From a virus: a stretch of 64,000 bases of DNA. Under the pieces are notes generated by a model. That model had not been told where the DNA came from, made no database searches, and saw only the letters and a program-made list of their open reading frames with translations. The DNA lies in the IMG/VR virus record IMGVR_UViG_3300030419_007436, positions 32,001 through 96,000 of that record. One strand, written 5' to 3'. This document shows, piece by piece, positions 1 through 9,683 of this stretch. The stretch's first letter is position 1; every line of letters starts with the position of its first letter. Both the position numbers and the translations under genes were made by a program.

Positions 1-2
1 GT

Positions 3-1646
3 AATGGTTCCCAAAAAAGATGAAAACGCCTTTCTGGGTAAAGATTGCGTGCCTCTTGCCCAAGACAAATGTATTTCAAAAAGAGTGTCAGAATCAATTG
101 CAGAAAATATCTCTTTTATATCATTATCATGATAGGCGTTACGCGCTGTGCTGCTATAATCTGAATGGAAAAATTGTATTTTTTTTAATTTTCCTCCGAA
201 AAGAGGCTCTTTCGACACCTTCGCCACCTTTTTATTTCTTAAGAGGCCTTTGCGCGCCAGGTTTGATATGGCGATTCCACCGTAACCCAATGCGGACAAT
301 GTAACTTGGCTTATCTTCGATGCATCTGGTACTCCAAATTTTTCCACAAGAAGCTGTTTTATTTGTGTATGTAGCGCCTCCATATCGCCGCACTCTTCAG
401 GTGTTGCTGGTTTGTTATCAAGACTTGTGCCCCAAGGAAGATATCCATTTGTTTTTCCTTTATAATATGCTGAAGTTCCGTCTACATTCCATGCGGCCCA
501 ATGTCGCATTGTATATCTTTCGGCCCAGCTATATAAAAGTGGTTGTATGTGTGTTTGTTTTCTTGGATAACCGGTTGGATCTTTGACATTGCCAGCGGAC
601 CACAACATCTCTGGCATAACAAAAATAAAATTGCGGCGTCCCCCTAACTTATTTGCAGTACCATATTTTTTTGAAGTCATTTTATTCAGAGTACGACCCA
701 AACTTTCCCATTCTGCCCTGCTATTTTTAAAGCCTAAATTATCATGGAAAAAATAAATAAGCTCAAAATCAGATTTGGGGTCTGTTCCTTTCGGCATATA
801 TATAAAAGTTTGGCGCCCATTGCTTTCTATTGTTCCGACAGTATCATTTGGCCCATTTCCATCAAGTGTGCCAAACCATGAAATCCCCGGGAAAAACTTT
901 TGCTGAATCGGAGATAAAATATTTTTAAGCCACGATGCATGTGTTTCTCCGGGAATTACTTTATCTTCTGTGTTTCCTTCTCCACTAATAATTGGAGGGG
1001 CAACATTATTTAAAAGGGGTACTCTCTTAAAATTTCCAATACAATCTCCAATTGATCCGCCGTTTTTATATTGTTTATTACATATAAATTCGTTTCTTAA
1101 GCACTCGTCAAAATCATTTTTATGATTGTTGTTTTTTAATTTTGCTGCAGTCTTAGAGTCTAGAGGGCCATCATAATAAAATCTATTATTAACAGAAGTT
1201 ACCCAAATTAAATCGCCCGGCACTACGCCCTTTAATTGTGTATCAGTATCTTTTGCTTGTGCTGTTGGGTGTGTATCTATCGCTAAGCTATCAAAAGTAC
1301 TAGGATTTTTTAAGCTTTTTGGTATCGGCAATGAAAAGTGAAGTTCTGGAATTCTAATTTTGTATGTAATTAGTGAATACTTTGAGCTTCCCGGCGTTAG
1401 AGCCTGTACTGCTACATCTTGGGCTGTTTCTTCTGGAGCATTGCCGCCTGCGCAGGGGGCGTCGGTTCTAAGCAATATTGCGACCCACCGCGGACGGTTA
1501 AAATAATTTGGAGTAAATACTTTGTCACGCATGCGCGCTAGTATTGATTGCGCAGACTCAGACTGAAAATCAATACTTTCTTTTGTATTTGGATCTTCTA
1601 AACTATTAAGCGCTCCGGGTGGAGTATCTAATACATTGGCGCCCAT
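3..1646 (-). CDS. Partial ORF (>=548 aa, runs off left edge, absent from ORF track); possible virion/baseplate-associated protein with an alpha/beta-hydrolase-like region
   Basis: Manual translation from ATG at 1646 shows no stop to the window edge. Motifs YKIRIPELH..PIP and PGDLIWV, then LIYFFHD, NFIFVMPEM and LSALGYGG. Function is an inference. Confidence 0.6.
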   Translation of the reverse strand, partial: MGANVLDTPPGALNSLEDPNTKESIDFQSESAQSILARMRDKVFTPNYFNRPRWVAILLRTDAPCAGGNAPEETAQDVAVQALTPGSSKYSLITYKIRIPELHFSLPIPKSLKNPSTFDSLAIDTHPTAQAKDTDTQLKGVVPGDLIWVTSVNNRFYYDGPLDSKTAAKLKNNNHKNDFDECLRNEFICNKQYKNGGSIGDCIGNFKRVPLLNNVAPPIISGEGNTEDKVIPGETHASWLKNILSPIQQKFFPGISWFGTLDGNGPNDTVGTIESNGRQTFIYMPKGTDPKSDFELIYFFHDNLGFKNSRAEWESLGRTLNKMTSKKYGTANKLGGRRNFIFVMPEMLWSAGNVKDPTGYPRKQTHIQPLLYSWAERYTMRHWAAWNVDGTSAYYKGKTNGYLPWGTSLDNKPATPEECGDMEALHTQIKQLLVEKFGVPDASKISQVTLSALGYGGIAISNLARKGLLRNKKVAKVSKEPLFGGKLKKIQFFHSDYSSTARNAYHDNDIKEIFSAIDSDTLFEIHLSWARGTQSLPRKAFSSFLGTI

Positions 1647-1649
1647 AAG

Positions 1650-1958
1650 TTACTTTTCGCCCCCTTGAATTAAATCAAAAAGCTGTTCTTTATCACTTTC
1701 ATTTAATTCAAGTACTCCATCTTGTTTCTTACTTAAAATATTGGTTAATTTTACTAGCTGTTCATTCGAGCGTTGGAGGGTTTCAACATATTTTGAAGCA
1801 ATTAATCCTAATTGTTTGTGTGTTTCTAAATCATTTGTTTTTTTCATTTCCAATAAGAGGTCTGTTAAAAGAGTTGAAGTTACAGAACGATCATCACGAA
1901 TGTTGGCGATTGATTCGGTAATATATTTTTCAACATTTTCTAGTTTTCCGTGTCCCAC
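1650..1958 (-). CDS. Hypothetical helical protein
   Basis: Tightly packed minus-strand ORF with coiled-coil-like composition. Confidence 0.6.
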   Translation of the reverse strand: MGHGKLENVEKYITESIANIRDDRSVTSTLLTDLLLEMKKTNDLETHKQLGLIASKYVETLQRSNEQLVKLTNILSKKQDGVLELNESDKEQLFDLIQGGEK

Positions 1959-2632
1959 TTCTTTTTAAAATCCCTATATCTGGCTCTTATTTTGTTTAAT
2001 GAACTTACAACCTGTTTAGTGTTTAAACCAGTAATTTCTCGTATGTATAGGTAAATAGCTTTCTTATTAAAAATTTCTATATTTTCAGACTCCTCAAAAA
2101 GAATCTTAACAGCTTGAATAACTTTTTTCTCATTTTGCCTAACCGGTAATTTTTCCCAGGCATGAATTTGTTCTTTAAAAGAAAGCCAAAATTCTTTTTT
2201 TATTGCGTCCTGAACCACCGTGTTATAAACAACCAACGGGTTTGATCCGTTTTCGCTATCTGTTGTAGAACAATAATCTTCAATTAATACTTCTCTTTTT
2301 GATTGTTGTACTGTTTTTTTAACCTTGTGTATAAACCAGTTTTTTGTTATAACACTAAAATATGAAAAGGCTTTGGAACCCCTGTTCGGATCATACTTAT
2401 CAAGTATAGTTATTAACCAGTTTTTACAATCATCTTTTAAACAATCTACGTTTGGTAAGTTTGTAAATTTATAAGTATATACAATTTTATCTACCATTTC
2501 ATCGAAGGCTGGGCCAATATAAGTATTATATAGCTCATTTCTCGTTTTCATGTCTCTTGTTGAACAATAATCAATTATTGCCTGTTCATGTACTTTAGTA
2601 AAGTATAAGTTCTTTTTTCTAGTTCGTGCCAT
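1940..2632 (-). CDS. T4 gp55-like late sigma factor
   Basis: LYFTK...YIGPAFDEMVDKI...LDKYDPNRGSKAFSYFSVITKN resembles the gp55 FDP..(K/N)(A/P)F(S/A)YF region-2 signature. Confidence 0.65.
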   Translation of the reverse strand: MARTRKKNLYFTKVHEQAIIDYCSTRDMKTRNELYNTYIGPAFDEMVDKIVYTYKFTNLPNVDCLKDDCKNWLITILDKYDPNRGSKAFSYFSVITKNWFIHKVKKTVQQSKREVLIEDYCSTTDSENGSNPLVVYNTVVQDAIKKEFWLSFKEQIHAWEKLPVRQNEKKVIQAVKILFEESENIEIFNKKAIYLYIREITGLNTKQVVSSLNKIRARYRDFKKKWDTEN

Positions 2633-2635
2633 AAT

Positions 2636-2947
2636 TTATTCTTCTATATTGTCTTCATCATAATCTTCTTCGTCGCCAGGTTCATAATTAATATCATATA
2701 TTGCTCGAAAGCTTTTCGCTCTTTCTGAAATTGATTTTGAGTGTCTCAAAAGGTTCTCTAAGGTTGTATCGCCATAAAACCTCTCCAGTTGATATACAAG
2801 ATCAACATGGTTAGAATATTCCTCCAATAAAATAAATAAGCCCTCTAGTTCGTCAGATATATTAAGAAATTTTTTTAATAATTTAACAAGGTACCATATA
2901 AAAAAAACATTTATTAAAACTGATATGGTTAATATTATTTCAAGCAT
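2636..2947 (-). CDS. Membrane-anchored hypothetical protein
   Basis: N-terminal hydrophobic helix and acidic tail. Confidence 0.6.
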   Translation of the reverse strand: MLEIILTISVLINVFFIWYLVKLLKKFLNISDELEGLFILLEEYSNHVDLVYQLERFYGDTTLENLLRHSKSISERAKSFRAIYDINYEPGDEEDYDEDNIEE

Positions 2948-3188
2948 TTTTATTCTTTAGTTCTTCCTTTTGGTCTTTTAAATCATTTTTTGCATCTTCT
3001 ATAAATTCTTTGACGTGGGAGCCGACTTTTTGTTTTGAGTCTTTTTTAGCATTAAAAAACATCGAGGGCTTCCTAACCAAAGTACCTATAGTTTCACACA
3101 CATCACAATATTCTATTTTTTCAGACATTGAGTGACTTATTTTTGTGGAGGACCCACATTTGGTACATTCATAAATATAAATTGGCAT
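2940..3188 (-). CDS. FmdB-family zinc-ribbon protein
   Basis: MPIYIYECTKCG...CDVC. Confidence 0.8.
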   Translation of the reverse strand: MPIYIYECTKCGSSTKISHSMSEKIEYCDVCETIGTLVRKPSMFFNAKKDSKQKVGSHVKEFIEDAKNDLKDQKEELKNKNA

Positions 3189-3189
3189 T

Positions 3190-3432
3190 TTAAGTCTGCT
3201 GTGATTGTTCTACTTTAATTTCTTCGCGATCAAAATTTTGTTGCAATTTTTCCTCAAATTCATCATTAAATTTTAAAATGGGGGGATTCATAACAACTAG
3301 CCCCTCTTCTGATAATTTAAATTTAAATCCCTTTAATACAGGGACAATATCGCTCTGCTCCATCAAACTTTTTTGTAAAGCCATCATAACAGAGCCGAGG
3401 GCTTGGTCTGAAAAATTAAATTCTTTACTCAT
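3190..3432 (-). CDS. Hypothetical protein
   Basis: Operon-packed ORF. Confidence 0.6.
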   Translation of the reverse strand: MSKEFNFSDQALGSVMMALQKSLMEQSDIVPVLKGFKFKLSEEGLVVMNPPILKFNDEFEEKLQQNFDREEIKVEQSQQT

Positions 3433-4318
3433 TTTTTTCTCCTTGTAGGCTAAACTTTTTACTTAGCCAATCTGAAATATAATTTTGTAATTTAACGTTA
3501 GGGCTCCACCCTAATAATTTTTGTGTTTTAGATATATCTGCTAGTGTTATCCATGCTTCTCCGGGGCGTGCGTCGATATGCTCCACGTCTTCCTTATACA
3601 TTGCTGCCAACTCATTAATAGAGTGGTTTGTACCCGTTCCTAAGTTAAAAATCTCACCTTTCCATGTGTCTTTTGACATAGCAATTAAGGCCGAACAAAT
3701 ATCTTTAACGTTGGTAAAGTCCCTTCGTTGCTCTCCAGTGCCCGTTATTGTTAAAGGCTGGTCAAACAACATTTGTTTCTCAAAGATGCCAATAACCGTG
3801 GCGTATGGGCCTGAGCGCAGGTGTCGAGGGCCATAAACATTAAAAAATCGTGCAATTGTAGTGCTCACACCATAAACTTCTGAGTAAAGTTTACATATTT
3901 CTTCTCCTTGCCACTTGGAAAAGGCATAAGGATTTAAATATACTCCACCATAAAATGAACTGGAACCGGCGTAAACTACTTTTACATTATTTTTTCTGGC
4001 GTATTCACATACCAAAGAAGTGCCTTTGGTATTAACATCTAAAGTTTCGCTCGGTCTATCAAAACTTGGTTGAATTCTGGCTAGGGCGGCCAAATGAAAT
4101 ACAACATCAATATCTTTAAGCATTTCGAAAGAGTCTGCAATCTCAAAGACGTGTCGCAAATCTTGAAAAATATATTTTGCCTTTTCATTACAGTTTTCCA
4201 TTTTTCCTGTATCTAGGTTGTCGATAACAACGACGTTATTTTCTGGATCTTCAACAAGTATATCAACCAAATTACTCCCTATAAACCCACAACCTCCTGT
4301 AACTAAAATATTTGTCAT
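3425..4318 (-). CDS. NAD-dependent epimerase/dehydratase (extended SDR)
   Basis: TGGCGFIG, HLAALA, YAFSK (YxxxK), RFFNVYGP, RDFT. Confidence 0.9.
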   Translation of the reverse strand: MTNILVTGGCGFIGSNLVDILVEDPENNVVVIDNLDTGKMENCNEKAKYIFQDLRHVFEIADSFEMLKDIDVVFHLAALARIQPSFDRPSETLDVNTKGTSLVCEYARKNNVKVVYAGSSSFYGGVYLNPYAFSKWQGEEICKLYSEVYGVSTTIARFFNVYGPRHLRSGPYATVIGIFEKQMLFDQPLTITGTGEQRRDFTNVKDICSALIAMSKDTWKGEIFNLGTGTNHSINELAAMYKEDVEHIDARPGEAWITLADISKTQKLLGWSPNVKLQNYISDWLSKKFSLQGEKNE

Positions 4319-4329
4319 TTTCTATTTCC

Positions 4330-5142
4330 TTATATTCTTATCCAACTTTCTGGTATTAAATCCGCTGTTTCTTTTTTATTAGAAGACACTCTTTTTGGGC
4401 CAAACCAACACCATGGCGAAACCACCTTTTTGTCTTTGTTTTTGTTTAAGTAAGCTGCCCACCATGAAAAAGTAGAATTAGCTATTATATTGTTTTTTAT
4501 TTTTGACATCAAGTACATATCAACCACATCTAATTCTCCCTCAATATAAATTTTTTCAGTTGAGCCAAGAAAATCTGTGTTATTTTTTACCCAATTAATA
4601 TCATCACTGAACAATACTAGAGTATCATATTCCCCAATCTTATTTAACGCATTAAGATAGTAGCTTTCTTCCAATTGGCAATACAAATTTTCAAATTTTA
4701 GGTAATCCTTTCTTCTAAAGTGAAGTGCTACTGCATTCTTTTTATATAAATATTCATATTTTTTATCTATTGAATCTGTATAGAAATCTGGTAAGGAAAA
4801 CATGTCTTGTATATGTTCTTCATAATCGTGAAAGTATTTATACGATTGAAAGTATCCATATATACATAAATCCTCTTTATATTCAATCTTATTGTATATT
4901 GTACTGGTGTATGATTTTTCGGTATATCTATTTTTCACAAACTTTTTATCAAATGCGCTTTTATTTAATTTGTGAAATATACTGTTCCCATAAAAATCGT
5001 AAGGATGAAAATTTAAATCAGGAAATACTGCTTTATCGTTGTTTTCTTTTGCCAACCCTAGAGCAGTTGCTATACAAAACATCTGATTTCCCAATCCATT
5101 ATTAGAGGTAGGACAATAACCTAAGACATCACACGTAATCAA
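4330..5142 (-). CDS. Alpha-1,2-fucosyltransferase-like (GT11)
   Basis: GLGNQMF, GYFQSYKYF, LHFRRKDY, IIANSTFSWWAAYL. Confidence 0.88.
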   Translation of the reverse strand: MITCDVLGYCPTSNNGLGNQMFCIATALGLAKENNDKAVFPDLNFHPYDFYGNSIFHKLNKSAFDKKFVKNRYTEKSYTSTIYNKIEYKEDLCIYGYFQSYKYFHDYEEHIQDMFSLPDFYTDSIDKKYEYLYKKNAVALHFRRKDYLKFENLYCQLEESYYLNALNKIGEYDTLVLFSDDINWVKNNTDFLGSTEKIYIEGELDVVDMYLMSKIKNNIIANSTFSWWAAYLNKNKDKKVVSPWCWFGPKRVSSNKKETADLIPESWIRI

Positions 5143-5143
5143 A

Positions 5144-6067
5144 TTATATCCCCCTTATATTGGGATAGTTTTTTTCAAACCACCCACACACATTGGACAG
5201 ACTTTCATAAAAGTCTGTGTATTTTTCCTGCTTCCACCCAAGAGAAATTAACTTTGAATTATCGGACGGTTTTCTATATTGTCCTTTTGGCATATCTGTT
5301 TGCCAAACTATTTCTCCATTGTAATCCAATATTTCTGCAATCATGTTGGCTACATTTTTTATAGAATACTCTTTCGTGTTTCCGACATTGATTGGAGTTT
5401 CATCGTTATATTTATCAAGTAAAAATAAAATAATTTTTGATAAATCTTTTGAATATGTGAATTCTCTTAGAGGAGATCCATCTCCCCATAAATATACAGA
5501 ATTATTACTCTTTTTTGCTTCATATATTTTTCTAATTATAGCTGGTAGAACGTGACTATCTTCTAAATCAAAATTATCATTTTCACCAAATAGATTGTTT
5601 GGTACGATAGTTACAAAATTACAATCATATTGTCTTCTATATGCTCTAGATTGAATGTCCGCCATTCTCTTAACGTGTGCATACGCAAAATTTGACTGAT
5701 GTGGTTCTCCATTATGAATGTCTTTTTCTACAAGAGGATAGCTTACAACATCAGGATAAACACATGTACTTAAAACTGATAAAACCTTTTTTACATTATA
5801 TTCTTTCGCGTAATGCAAAACATTTGTGCTAATCATTGTATTTTCATAATAAAAGTCGGCTAACTTGTCCATATTAGCTTTTATCCCTCCGACCTTAGCA
5901 GCTAAATGAATAACACAATCTGGTTTATGATCTTTGTACATTTGCTCACACTGCTCACTTTTAATCAAGTTGTAGTCTTGTGAAGAAATATAAACCGCAC
6001 TCTCCAAATCTTGTTTAAGTGCGGTACCGATCATTCCAGAACCTCCTGTAACTAAAATTTTACTCAT
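5144..6067 (-). CDS. fcl: GDP-L-fucose synthase
   Basis: TGGSGMIG, HLAAKVGGI, LSTCVYP, SHVLPAII, WGDGSPLREF; adjacent to gmd. Confidence 0.92.
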   Translation of the reverse strand: MSKILVTGGSGMIGTALKQDLESAVYISSQDYNLIKSEQCEQMYKDHKPDCVIHLAAKVGGIKANMDKLADFYYENTMISTNVLHYAKEYNVKKVLSVLSTCVYPDVVSYPLVEKDIHNGEPHQSNFAYAHVKRMADIQSRAYRRQYDCNFVTIVPNNLFGENDNFDLEDSHVLPAIIRKIYEAKKSNNSVYLWGDGSPLREFTYSKDLSKIILFLLDKYNDETPINVGNTKEYSIKNVANMIAEILDYNGEIVWQTDMPKGQYRKPSDNSKLISLGWKQEKYTDFYESLSNVCGWFEKNYPNIRGI

Positions 6068-7032
6068 TCTATTGTTGTCATCCAGTGATTAATCATATCG
6101 TCCATCAACGTTTCAAATGTATATTCGGGGGCCCACCCAAGAACCTCTCTTGCTTTTGTTGAATCTCCCTTAAGATATTTCAACTCTTCGGGTCTCATAT
6201 ATTTTGGATTTTGTACAACATAATCCTTATAGTCTAGGCCCAGCTGTCCGAAAACATATTCACATAGATTTCTAACTGAGTGTGTTTCGCCGGTTGCAAC
6301 TATAAATTCATCAGGAGTGTGATGGTTAATAATCATGTGCATGGCCCTTACATAATCCTTTGAATGTCCCCAGTCTCGAAAAGAGTCTAAATTACCAAGC
6401 TCTAGTTTATCTCTATAACCCTTCTTAATTTCTACTGCGGTTTTAACGACCTTATTTGTGACAAAGTTAGAGCCGCGGCGAGGGGATTCGTGATTAAATA
6501 AAATCCCATTACAGGCATGTAAATTATAGGCATTTCGGTAGTGTTTAACTAGATTGTATGCTAAAAGTTTAGCGCAGCCGTAAGGACTCACAGGGTTCAT
6601 GGGAGTTGTCAGTCTTTGGCTTCCATCTTCATCAACAGAATTTCCAAACATTTCAGAAGAACTAGCCTGATAGAATTTTGCTTTTGGTACAATCGATTTG
6701 TATACTTCTAAGAGATTGAGTACTCCCATCGCGTTTGTTTGAATAGTATAAGACGGTACATCAAAACTAATTCTTACATGACTCATCGCAGCCAAATTAT
6801 ATATCTCATCTGGCTTTACCTCATTTACAACGCGAGTTAAGGAGGGGACATCCATCATATCAGCATAAAAAGTGTTAATTTTATCATTAACGTGTTTAAG
6901 TCTGCTGTCTTGATTTTCAGCAACAGAACTTCTTCTAATAAGTCCATGAACTTCATATCCCTTGTTCAAAAGGTATTCAGATAAGTAACTCCCGTCTTGT
7001 CCTGAAACACCTGTAATTAACGCTCTTTTCAT
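6064..7032 (-). CDS. gmd: GDP-mannose 4,6-dehydratase
   Basis: TGVSGQDGSYL, YQASSSEMFG, SPYGCAK, ILFNHESPRRG, LGNLDSFRDWGH. Confidence 0.95.
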   Translation of the reverse strand: MKRALITGVSGQDGSYLSEYLLNKGYEVHGLIRRSSVAENQDSRLKHVNDKINTFYADMMDVPSLTRVVNEVKPDEIYNLAAMSHVRISFDVPSYTIQTNAMGVLNLLEVYKSIVPKAKFYQASSSEMFGNSVDEDGSQRLTTPMNPVSPYGCAKLLAYNLVKHYRNAYNLHACNGILFNHESPRRGSNFVTNKVVKTAVEIKKGYRDKLELGNLDSFRDWGHSKDYVRAMHMIINHHTPDEFIVATGETHSVRNLCEYVFGQLGLDYKDYVVQNPKYMRPEELKYLKGDSTKAREVLGWAPEYTFETLMDDMINHWMTTIE

Positions 7033-7619
7033 TTAAAAATCCTCATATTTGTTAAATCTGGCCAATCTGAAATTGTCCATTGTTTTGGTTTGTTGTTGAT
7101 CGCCTCTGGCAATCTTTCTAGCCCCAAGGCTGCAGTTTCTGGTGTCATATAATAATGGTATCCCATTGAAGATATATTTTGCTCTCTCCATGGAATATTT
7201 GGCAACCTTCCGTCATATGACATTTTTTTTAATTCTTCTTGTGCTGTTTTATTGTCTGTTAAAATCATTCCGCCGCGGCCAAGACTTAAATGCTTCCTGT
7301 ATTGAAAACTCAAACACATAAACGTCTTAGGAATATAGCTGTCTTTTTTCCATAGGACCGCGGCATCTATAATATTTGTATTTCCTAAATAATAATAATC
7401 ATTCCAATTCTCCTCTCTCCATTCAAAATCAATATCTATTTTTCTTGCCAAAAAAGGAACAGATATGTATGTATGTTTTGGTATTGTTATTTTTGTTGGC
7501 TTTTCATATCTTAAACAAAGCTCCAATGCATGTGTACAACAATCAACTGCAATTCCGTGGGGCGCGCCGAAAAACTTAGCCACTTGTTGTTCAAATTTTT
7601 CTACAAGATCAAAACTCAT
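7029..7619 (-). CDS. Short DegT/DnrJ/EryC1/StrS-family aminotransferase-like protein
   Basis: AVDCCTHALELCL, IIDAA, LSFQYRKHLSLGRGGMI, GYHYYM. Confidence 0.75.
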   Translation of the reverse strand: MSFDLVEKFEQQVAKFFGAPHGIAVDCCTHALELCLRYEKPTKITIPKHTYISVPFLARKIDIDFEWREENWNDYYYLGNTNIIDAAVLWKKDSYIPKTFMCLSFQYRKHLSLGRGGMILTDNKTAQEELKKMSYDGRLPNIPWREQNISSMGYHYYMTPETAALGLERLPEAINNKPKQWTISDWPDLTNMRIFK

Positions 7620-8155
7620 TTTGTTGCCTCAACGTTTAAACTTATAAGAGTACCACTTTCTTTATCCATGTGAGGCTTGTATGCTTGAGAATGATCATCA
7701 AAAGATGCATGCTCTGTTTCTTTCCAATCATAGGTCTCAACATTAAGAAAGCCGCACTGCTCTAACAAATCAGATAAACTATTAAAATCATAAGTTGTTT
7801 TATGGTATATGGTTTTATCACCCATTTCCATTTTTCCATATAAAGGCCCCAAAAATTCTTCCAAACTATAAGCTTTATAACAATAGAGATTGACCATCGA
7901 TTCAAAGTCTGGTACTGCAACTCTCAATATTCCATTCGGCTTGAGTACACGATACCACTCTTTTAAGACAAGCTCCGCTTCTTTTCTGTCAAAATATTCT
8001 AAAACATGAGACGCATATATTAAATCAACAGTATTATTATCGAAATTTAGTCTCGTGATATCATAGTCATTTAAATGATCATAATCGCCGCCATCGATGT
8101 GCACCCAATCTTTTCCAAAATTTCTCCAACCGCAACCTAAATGTAATTTTATCAT
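7616..8155 (-). CDS. SAM-dependent methyltransferase (type 11-like)
   Basis: LHLGCG, IYASHVLEY, EWYRVLKPNGILRVAVPD. Confidence 0.88.
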   Translation of the reverse strand: MIKLHLGCGWRNFGKDWVHIDGGDYDHLNDYDITRLNFDNNTVDLIYASHVLEYFDRKEAELVLKEWYRVLKPNGILRVAVPDFESMVNLYCYKAYSLEEFLGPLYGKMEMGDKTIYHKTTYDFNSLSDLLEQCGFLNVETYDWKETEHASFDDHSQAYKPHMDKESGTLISLNVEATK

Positions 8156-8559
8156 ATAAATTCTTTATCCTGTTCAATGCCTAAGTACGGCCCAGTTTTG
8201 TATTCATATACCAAAGTGTCATCTTCCAATATTTCATACGTGTGGCCACCATATAAGGTAATACTACAATCTCCAGCATCTAAAATTTCTTCAGAAACAA
8301 CTTTGTCATCCAAATCATATAAAATAGCCTTTACTTTTCCGCTTATTACCGCCCACGATTCTTGGGCTATTGTAGTTGTTTTTTCACAAAAAACATGTTT
8401 GTGGGGCTTAAATGTCTTTCCCTTCGGTAAGCGCATCGCGGCTAACTGAATAAATTCTTTATCCTCAACAACATTAAGCCTTTCAGTTTGAACGCTGTCT
8501 TTTTTTAAAATTATATGTAATAACGTCTCTGGTTCAACTTTAGAATAAATTTTTTTCAT
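8152..8559 (-). CDS. Cupin-fold sugar isomerase-like protein
   Basis: KPHKH...QESW...GGHTYEILED...EYKTGPY. Confidence 0.75.
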   Translation of the reverse strand: MKKIYSKVEPETLLHIILKKDSVQTERLNVVEDKEFIQLAAMRLPKGKTFKPHKHVFCEKTTTIAQESWAVISGKVKAILYDLDDKVVSEEILDAGDCSITLYGGHTYEILEDDTLVYEYKTGPYLGIEQDKEFI

Positions 8560-8583
8560 GATAATGATTATACTGTAATACTG

Positions 8584-8952
8584 TCAATAATTTAAAGAAT
8601 TATCTATAAAATCTAGCACGTAGTCCCAAGAGCTTTTTTTACCTCTTTCAAATCTAATTGCTTTGTCATCAATATAACATTTAGCAGGCAATTTTGTATT
8701 TGATATCTCGTCAAAATAGTGAAGCATGTCTTGTTCTACAAGCCATTTTTTAATTGGTTCGGGGGGTCGACAAGAAACAATAACAAGCCGATATCCATTG
8801 CTCTTTAGCTTTTCTAATGCCTCTCTCGTGCCCTCTGTTGGCTTATCATAGACATTTTGTTGTCCCTTAAACCCCTTAGAATATCGATGGATAACACCAT
8901 CAAAATCTATAGCAATTGTTTTGTCTTTAACTTTTACGTCAATTTCTTTCAT
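8584..8952 (-). CDS. HAD-superfamily phosphatase
   Basis: IAIDFDGVIH (DxD), IVSCR, YIDDKA. Confidence 0.8.
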   Translation of the reverse strand: MKEIDVKVKDKTIAIDFDGVIHRYSKGFKGQQNVYDKPTEGTREALEKLKSNGYRLVIVSCRPPEPIKKWLVEQDMLHYFDEISNTKLPAKCYIDDKAIRFERGKKSSWDYVLDFIDNSLNY

Positions 8953-9680
8953 GATATACTCTCAATTATAAAATTTTCTAATGTTTTCAAAGAGTGTTTT
9001 ATATCCTCTTTGTCTGTTTCAATAGCAAGATCTTCGATTTCTGGTTCATCAAACGGGTCAGATATACCAGTAAAGTTGTATACTTTATCTGGATCTCCAT
9101 CTGGAAGGAGCGCCCTTTTATATAAGCCTTTCGTGTCTCTTCTCTTTAATTCATCCAGTCCGCACTTAATGTAAACCAGTTTTGAATCAGGTATAGTTTT
9201 TTTAATGTGGTTTCGAGTGGAGTTGTAAGGGTTGATTGCAGACATTATACATACAACATTGTTTCTTCCTAAAACCTTGCCAACAAAAGAGAGTCTCCTT
9301 ATGTTTTCTTCTCGATCTCCCTTTGAAAAACCCAAGTCTCTACATAAGTTTTCCCTGTATTCGTCTCCATCGATGACTTCTACTTTAATGCCGCGGCTTT
9401 GAAGCCTTTTTTTAACTGCCATGGCTAAAGTTGTTTTTCCGGCTCCAGACATTCCCGTCAGTTGAATATAGAGTCCCTTGGTTTTTCCCCACTTTATTTT
9501 GTTCCACACTCTTTCATGAAGCATGAATAAACAGAGCATCAAAAGGTGATACACAATTGCAACAAAGCTGGTTTGTTTAATAGAGCCTGTAATAATAAAA
9601 GCAACTAAAGATAGGATAAAAAATCCTAAAACTTTCCAGCTAACTGCTTTTGTAAAACTTCTTTTTTTTGAATCAATCAT
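8949..9680 (-). CDS. cysC: Adenylylsulfate (APS) kinase with N-terminal membrane domain (DUF2061-like)
   Basis: TGMSGAGKTT, IDGDEYRENL, LGFSKGDREENIRR, FTGISDPFDEP; N-terminus SKKRSFTKAVSWK...HERVWNKIKWG. Confidence 0.88.
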   Translation of the reverse strand: MIDSKKRSFTKAVSWKVLGFFILSLVAFIITGSIKQTSFVAIVYHLLMLCLFMLHERVWNKIKWGKTKGLYIQLTGMSGAGKTTLAMAVKKRLQSRGIKVEVIDGDEYRENLCRDLGFSKGDREENIRRLSFVGKVLGRNNVVCIMSAINPYNSTRNHIKKTIPDSKLVYIKCGLDELKRRDTKGLYKRALLPDGDPDKVYNFTGISDPFDEPEIEDLAIETDKEDIKHSLKTLENFIIESIS

Positions 9681-9683
9681 AAT

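Noticed and set aside
8567-8587. TTGACA and TATAAT pair upstream of the cupin gene
   Set aside because: The spacing is only 9 nt.
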